Shown: piece by piece, positions 59,230 through 64,000 of the stretch
How the letters are laid out: the number at the start of each line of letters is the position of its first letter
Numbering within the stretch: the stretch's first letter is position 1
Position numbers and translations under genes: made by a program
Virus record (IMG/VR): IMGVR_UViG_3300014203_000001
Location: 181,714 to 245,713 of that record
From: a virus
Taxonomy: Duplodnaviria > Caudoviricetes
Strand: one strand, 5' to 3'
Length of the DNA: 64,000 nucleotides
Notes under the pieces: generated by a model
Seen by the model: the letters and a program-made list of their open reading frames with translations, nothing else
Databases searched by the model: none
What the model was told of the DNA's origin: nothing

Positions 59230-61170
59230 TTGTATATGATAAGCGGATATAAAGATGGTAGCGATTTAACAATTATGAATGCTACATATCACTACGGTAG
59301 AAAAGATGAGAGTGGTAAATTTAAAAAGGATAATATGACAATTGTATTTAAAGATAACGAAACAGGAAAGAAAGACTTCCGAACAATGTACGAACCGAAG
59401 TATACATACTACAAAACAGATGAAACTGTTGGGTATAATCAGTTCTTTATAGATAGAGATAAAGTAACTCCAATCACAGTTCCTTTCAAAGATTTAGATA
59501 AGAGTATCGCAGAGCAAACTGGTAGACTAGAAGAGTTCTATGATAATATTAAATGCGGTAATAGAAGAGGTAATAGAAGACTTCATTTAGATGAGAGAGT
59601 TTTTGGATCTGATCTTAATATAAACAATTTCTATAGGAAAGAGTTCGGAGACAAGTATATAAATGATATCAGATCAGTAACTAAATCATACATAGATATT
59701 GAGGCTAATATCAAACATATGAGAGGAGATTTCCCAGAACTAGGAGAGTGTCCTATAAATGCAGTATCTCTATTCGTAGAGAATACTAATACTTTATACA
59801 CTTTCATTTTAAGAGAGAATGATAATCCTCTAATCAAACAATTTGAAGATGAATTGGCAACTAGTGATTTCATTGGAGAATTTAAAACATTCTTAGAGAA
59901 AAATGTAGGAGGATGGAAGAAGCTTATAAAGTATAAACTAGATAAGATGGATATCAAACTTATCTTCTATGATGATGAAGTAGATATGCTAGCTAATATA
60001 TTCAGGATGATAAATATATTACAACCTGATTTTGTATTAGCGTGGAATATGGGTTTCGATATTCCATATATTATAGAACGTCTTAAAATTCTAGGAGTAG
60101 ATCCTAGAAAAGTTATATGCCATCCAGATTTTCCAGAGACGTATTGTGAATACATTGTAGATGAGATGCATAAGAGTATGCCAGAACAGCGTGGTGACTT
60201 TGCAGACATATCATCGTATTCAGTATATCTAGATCAGTTAATTCAGTTTGCATCTAGAAGAAAAGGACAATCAGCATTCGCAAGTTTAAAATTAGATGAT
60301 GTAGGAGAAGCAGTATGTGGCGTTAGGAAGTTAAGCTATAAGCATATTACTAATGACTTAGCTGAATTGCCGTACTTAGACTTCAAGACTTTTATTATGT
60401 ACAACATGATGGATGTTATGGTACAAAAGTGTATAGAAGAATCAACCTCTGATATAAACTATGTATTTGGTAAAGCTATTGCTAATTCCACTATGTATCA
60501 GAAAGCTCATAGACAAACTGTATATCTGGCTAACAGAGCAGTTACATCATTCTTATCAAATAACAATGTTATCGCAGGGAATAACATAAATAAGTTTAAT
60601 GAAAAGCCAACTGGGAAGTATCCAGGAGCATTTGTTGCCGATCCTTTAAATATATCAGACAAACCAAAGTCTAAAATAAATGGAACACCAGTCGCAGTAT
60701 ATAAAGATGCTAATGACTTTGATTATAAAAGACTATATCCTAGTTTGGCTCAAGAGTTTAATATGGCTCCTAATACACAGATAGGTATGATACAACTTCC
60801 TGATCAGATATATTGGAATGAGAATCCTTTGAAGAATGAGAAATTCTCTAGAGCAGGAACGTTTGTAGAGAATCTTGCATCTCATAATTATCTAGAGTTC
60901 TCTAGACGTTGGATGAATCTTGGTAGCTATGAAGATGTATATGATGATATAGTGGAGTACTTTACTCTTAAGAAAACTCCTAATAATGGTACTCTAGATC
61001 TTAATCTATCTAGAGGTATACGAGATATAGCATTCAGAATCAAGCCAGGAGAGCTTCTACAAATAGCAGAACGACATACTGGATTGATAAAGATAGCAGA
61101 TAGATATGTCGCTATGCCTAAAGAAGTAGAGGATAAAGTTGATGAATATAGAAAGGTGATGAGTTTATAA
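59230..61170 (+). CDS. Family B DNA polymerase, exonuclease plus motif A subunit (split polymerase)
   Basis: DIE (ExoI), AWNMGFD (ExoII), YNMMD (ExoIII), YPGAFV, DYKRLYPS; motifs B and C absent; start may be ATG 59236. Confidence 0.88.
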   Translation: MYMISGYKDGSDLTIMNATYHYGRKDESGKFKKDNMTIVFKDNETGKKDFRTMYEPKYTYYKTDETVGYNQFFIDRDKVTPITVPFKDLDKSIAEQTGRLEEFYDNIKCGNRRGNRRLHLDERVFGSDLNINNFYRKEFGDKYINDIRSVTKSYIDIEANIKHMRGDFPELGECPINAVSLFVENTNTLYTFILRENDNPLIKQFEDELATSDFIGEFKTFLEKNVGGWKKLIKYKLDKMDIKLIFYDDEVDMLANIFRMINILQPDFVLAWNMGFDIPYIIERLKILGVDPRKVICHPDFPETYCEYIVDEMHKSMPEQRGDFADISSYSVYLDQLIQFASRRKGQSAFASLKLDDVGEAVCGVRKLSYKHITNDLAELPYLDFKTFIMYNMMDVMVQKCIEESTSDINYVFGKAIANSTMYQKAHRQTVYLANRAVTSFLSNNNVIAGNNINKFNEKPTGKYPGAFVADPLNISDKPKSKINGTPVAVYKDANDFDYKRLYPSLAQEFNMAPNTQIGMIQLPDQIYWNENPLKNEKFSRAGTFVENLASHNYLEFSRRWMNLGSYEDVYDDIVEYFTLKKTPNNGTLDLNLSRGIRDIAFRIKPGELLQIAERHTGLIKIADRYVAMPKEVEDKVDEYRKVMSL

Positions 61171-61875
61171 ATGAATAGATATAAACAGGCAAATATCCCT
61201 TCCCAATTCTTCTTAAATATAATTGAGCTTTCAAAGAAAATGAAAGCTCAAATTATAACATGTTGTAGTGTAAATGGTATATTTTTCATGTATGGTTTAG
61301 ACAAGACAGTTTCTGTCATGAAAAAGATTCAAGATTTTTCTAATAAACCATTAGGAGAATTACCGATAGGATTCTCAATAGAATCTAAATATCTAAGTGA
61401 AATAGAAAAGACTATAAAAGAGACTAATATAGAATATATTTCTATAATGAGTTTATGTAGCGAAGAGATAACAAATGGATCTAACCCATTCTACAATTTT
61501 AGTAAGTTTATTGTATGTGCAGATTTACAAGTTCCATTACTAGAATTTAGTAGATATATAACGACATGTCTAAGAATAGAAAGTGTGTTAGCAGGAACCG
61601 TTAGTCAATATGGATATATCGAATTGACTAATAATGAAGAATTTATATCAATCTTAGAAACAAAAGCAGATAATGGTGTATCGCCATTACATATAGGGAA
61701 TCATTTAGTATTTATATCCCCTGGAATGTTAAATGTTCTCAAAGATGATATCGTATCTGTATCTATTAATAATACATCTTTAGGAAGTTTTGCTATATTT
61801 AATATAGAAAGAAAGAAAAAGAAATGCTCTGTGCAGATTGTCTTCAGGGTAATGGATATAACAAAACAACCCTAA
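61171..61875 (+). CDS. Hypothetical protein abutting the DNA polymerase gene
   Basis: 234 aa; ATG immediately follows the polymerase stop. Confidence 0.65.
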   Translation: MNRYKQANIPSQFFLNIIELSKKMKAQIITCCSVNGIFFMYGLDKTVSVMKKIQDFSNKPLGELPIGFSIESKYLSEIEKTIKETNIEYISIMSLCSEEITNGSNPFYNFSKFIVCADLQVPLLEFSRYITTCLRIESVLAGTVSQYGYIELTNNEEFISILETKADNGVSPLHIGNHLVFISPGMLNVLKDDIVSVSINNTSLGSFAIFNIERKKKKCSVQIVFRVMDITKQP

Positions 61876-61887
61876 AACATTTAAGTA
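61876..61887 (+). promoter_or_regulatory. AR9-type late promoter motif upstream of portal
   Basis: AACAtttaagTA. Confidence 0.62.
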
Positions 61888-61908
61888 ATCATAAAGGGGG
61901 CTTGAATA

Positions 61909-64000
61909 ATGGCAGAAGATAAAAGTAATATAAATCTTGCACAGATAAAAAAGTTAGAAAAGAATATAGAAGGTAATCTAAAAAGTTTATATACCGATGT
62001 AAAGTTTGCAGATCCTTCTACTAGTAATACCATTGAATTCATGCGTAATAAAATGCATCGAAGTATTGATAAGCTTATGTCTAACAATATAAGCAATAGT
62101 GGCGTATCTAATATGTCTAACTTATGGACTAGAACTAAGAACGTTCAAAGTGATAAGTCTATTATTAGCGGTATTGCAGATACATTTGAAAATGAGGCTC
62201 TTATGAATAATGTAATGAGCCTCTATTCCCAAAACTCCTTTCTTAGGGATATAGATAGAGAGATAGATGTAGTATGTAAGTATATGCCTAAACTATGCGA
62301 TGCTCTAGATACTAGAAAAGAACACGTACTATCGGCAGATCATTTCTCTAAAACTTCTATCAATATCAAAAATAGTTCATCTATAGAATCAGATGTAGCT
62401 ACTGCTAGTAATATCAAAGAGATGAGAGAGAAGTATGATATTGATGAGCTTATAGACAGGGTATATACTGAAGCTGATTATAAAGGTGAATGCTTTGTAT
62501 ATATCGTTCCATATAAGAAAGCTATCAGTAGACTTCTAGATCCTAGTAAAAATAATAATGGGGTACTAACAGAAGCTACCAATTTTGATTATGATATGAA
62601 AAATCAAAGATTAGTAACCGAATCTGTTGTTGATATAGAAAGGGACACTCCAGATAAAGGTGTAACTGTAGTTATAAACAAAACGGGTGTGTTAGAATCT
62701 GCTATAGTAAATCATAGAAAAGCCGAAAAGATTATATCTGAAAATGCAAGTTTAGCTTTGAACGAAAATGGACATATCTTACGAAAGAAAATGAATGAAG
62801 CTAAAGCGAAGAATAAAGATATCGGGGAAGAAATAAATAAGAACAAAGAAGATTTCTATAAAGTAGACTCTATATCAGCAGATGGATTTACTGCTACTGA
62901 TAAGATTAAAGGAACTGGTGAGAATGATCTAAAAGTTCCTGGATGTGTAGTTAAGATATTAGACCATACAATGGTCAAACCTTTATATATCGACGATATC
63001 TGTTTAGGGTATTTCTATATAGAATGCGATAAAGAAATCAATCTAGACCAAACTACTCTTTCTAATACTCTTGGTGGTATTAAACCTGGAAACAGAAATA
63101 ATAAGAATTTCTTCGATCAGGATGATAAAGAGAATACTATGCTTAAGAAAATAGCAGGAGAAATATCTGGTCATATAGATAGTAAATTTATCAATGCAAA
63201 TCAGGATCTAACTAAAGAGATCTATTTTATTCTAAAATATAATAGAGATACTGGATTGGATGGTAAGATAAATAAAATAAAAGTATCATTCATTCCTCCA
63301 GAGGATATGGTGCATGCATACTTCCATAAAGATCACAAAACCCATAGAGGAATATCTGGTCTTTATAAAGCTATGTTTCCCGCTAAACTATTCTCTTGTT
63401 TATACATATCTAATACTCTTACAATTCTAACTAGAGGGCAAGATAAGCGTATATATTATGTAAAACAATCTGTCGATACTAATATTGCTAGTGTTTTACT
63501 CAGCACTATTAATCAGATTAAGAAGTCTAACTTCGGTCTTAGACAGATAGAGAATATGAACAATCTGTTTAATATTACAGGTAAATTTAACGATCTTATT
63601 ATTCCTAAAAGTCCAAGCGGGGAAGCTCCAGTAGACGTAGAGGTTATGCCAGGACAGGATGTAGAAGTAAAAACGGATCTTATGAATATGCTAGAAGAGA
63701 TGGCGGTTAATAGTACAGATGTACCATTAGAGGTTATCCAAGCTAGACAATCATTAGACTTTGCCACACATTATACAATGTCTAACAGTAAATTCCTACG
63801 TAAAGTTTACAATAGACAAACAAAAACCAAGAGGATTTCTGATAAGATAGTAACTAAGATATACGACGCAGAGTTCGAATGCGAAGATATTATAGATACT
63901 ACTCTTCCACCACCAATGTATTTGAACTTAGTTAATACCGAACAGATATTCCAATCTGCTAATACAATGGCACAAAATGCTATGGATATGTATGCAGGTA
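61909..64000 (+). CDS. Portal protein (runs off the right edge of the window)
   Basis: ATG 61909 after AAGGGGG; MPKLCDAL...VLS and TRGQDKRIYYV resembling T4 gp20 RAPERRIFY; AACA-N6-TA promoter at 61876. Confidence 0.75.
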   Translation, partial: MAEDKSNINLAQIKKLEKNIEGNLKSLYTDVKFADPSTSNTIEFMRNKMHRSIDKLMSNNISNSGVSNMSNLWTRTKNVQSDKSIISGIADTFENEALMNNVMSLYSQNSFLRDIDREIDVVCKYMPKLCDALDTRKEHVLSADHFSKTSINIKNSSSIESDVATASNIKEMREKYDIDELIDRVYTEADYKGECFVYIVPYKKAISRLLDPSKNNNGVLTEATNFDYDMKNQRLVTESVVDIERDTPDKGVTVVINKTGVLESAIVNHRKAEKIISENASLALNENGHILRKKMNEAKAKNKDIGEEINKNKEDFYKVDSISADGFTATDKIKGTGENDLKVPGCVVKILDHTMVKPLYIDDICLGYFYIECDKEINLDQTTLSNTLGGIKPGNRNNKNFFDQDDKENTMLKKIAGEISGHIDSKFINANQDLTKEIYFILKYNRDTGLDGKINKIKVSFIPPEDMVHAYFHKDHKTHRGISGLYKAMFPAKLFSCLYISNTLTILTRGQDKRIYYVKQSVDTNIASVLLSTINQIKKSNFGLRQIENMNNLFNITGKFNDLIIPKSPSGEAPVDVEVMPGQDVEVKTDLMNMLEEMAVNSTDVPLEVIQARQSLDFATHYTMSNSKFLRKVYNRQTKTKRISDKIVTKIYDAEFECEDIIDTTLPPPMYLNLVNTEQIFQSANTMAQNAMDMYAG

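Noticed and set aside
2491-63767. Many short antisense or overlapping ORFs in the track (e.g. 14288-14785, 53192-53785, 55242-55823, 63513-63767)
   Set aside because: They are shadows of well-supported genes and have no RBS or motifs.
1-64000. tRNA or rRNA genes, integrase, chimallin
   Set aside because: None recognised by eye; intergenic gaps are short and filled by promoters and terminators. A divergent shell protein cannot be excluded without a structure search.

Overview
This AT-rich, gene-dense 64 kb window comes from a jumbo bacteriophage of the phiKZ/AR9(PBS1)-related group. The host is probably a Firmicute, and the amidase and histidine kinase look Negativicutes/Clostridia-like (inference). 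It holds a DNA metabolism core: split family-B DNA polymerase, DnaB and Dda helicases, SbcC/SbcD, RecA, GyrA/GyrB, NAD-dependent ligase, NrdD/NrdG and dUTPase. It also holds three fragments of the phage multisubunit RNA polymerases, a tubulin/FtsZ protein, portal and baseplate genes, lysins, a Tad1-like anti-defence sponge, a sensor-less histidine kinase and many small early genes. nrdD is split by a group I intron (17779-19098) encoding an HNH/AP2 endonuclease and also carries a decayed intein-like insert. Two phage promoter motifs recur: TATATATTATAxxxxTGAG (16 copies) and NAC(A/T)-N6-TA (about 21 copies). The most striking unexplained signal is a short peptide motif, roughly L-x-x-[IV]-[AV]-x-R-[VI]-P. 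About 18 copies are appended to the termini or linkers of nine unrelated proteins, including the intron homing endonuclease. Most carriers act on DNA, and no terminal or linker copy was seen in metabolic, lytic or structural proteins. It is a candidate shared docking or compartment-targeting signal. All calls come from reading motifs by eye; no database searches were run.
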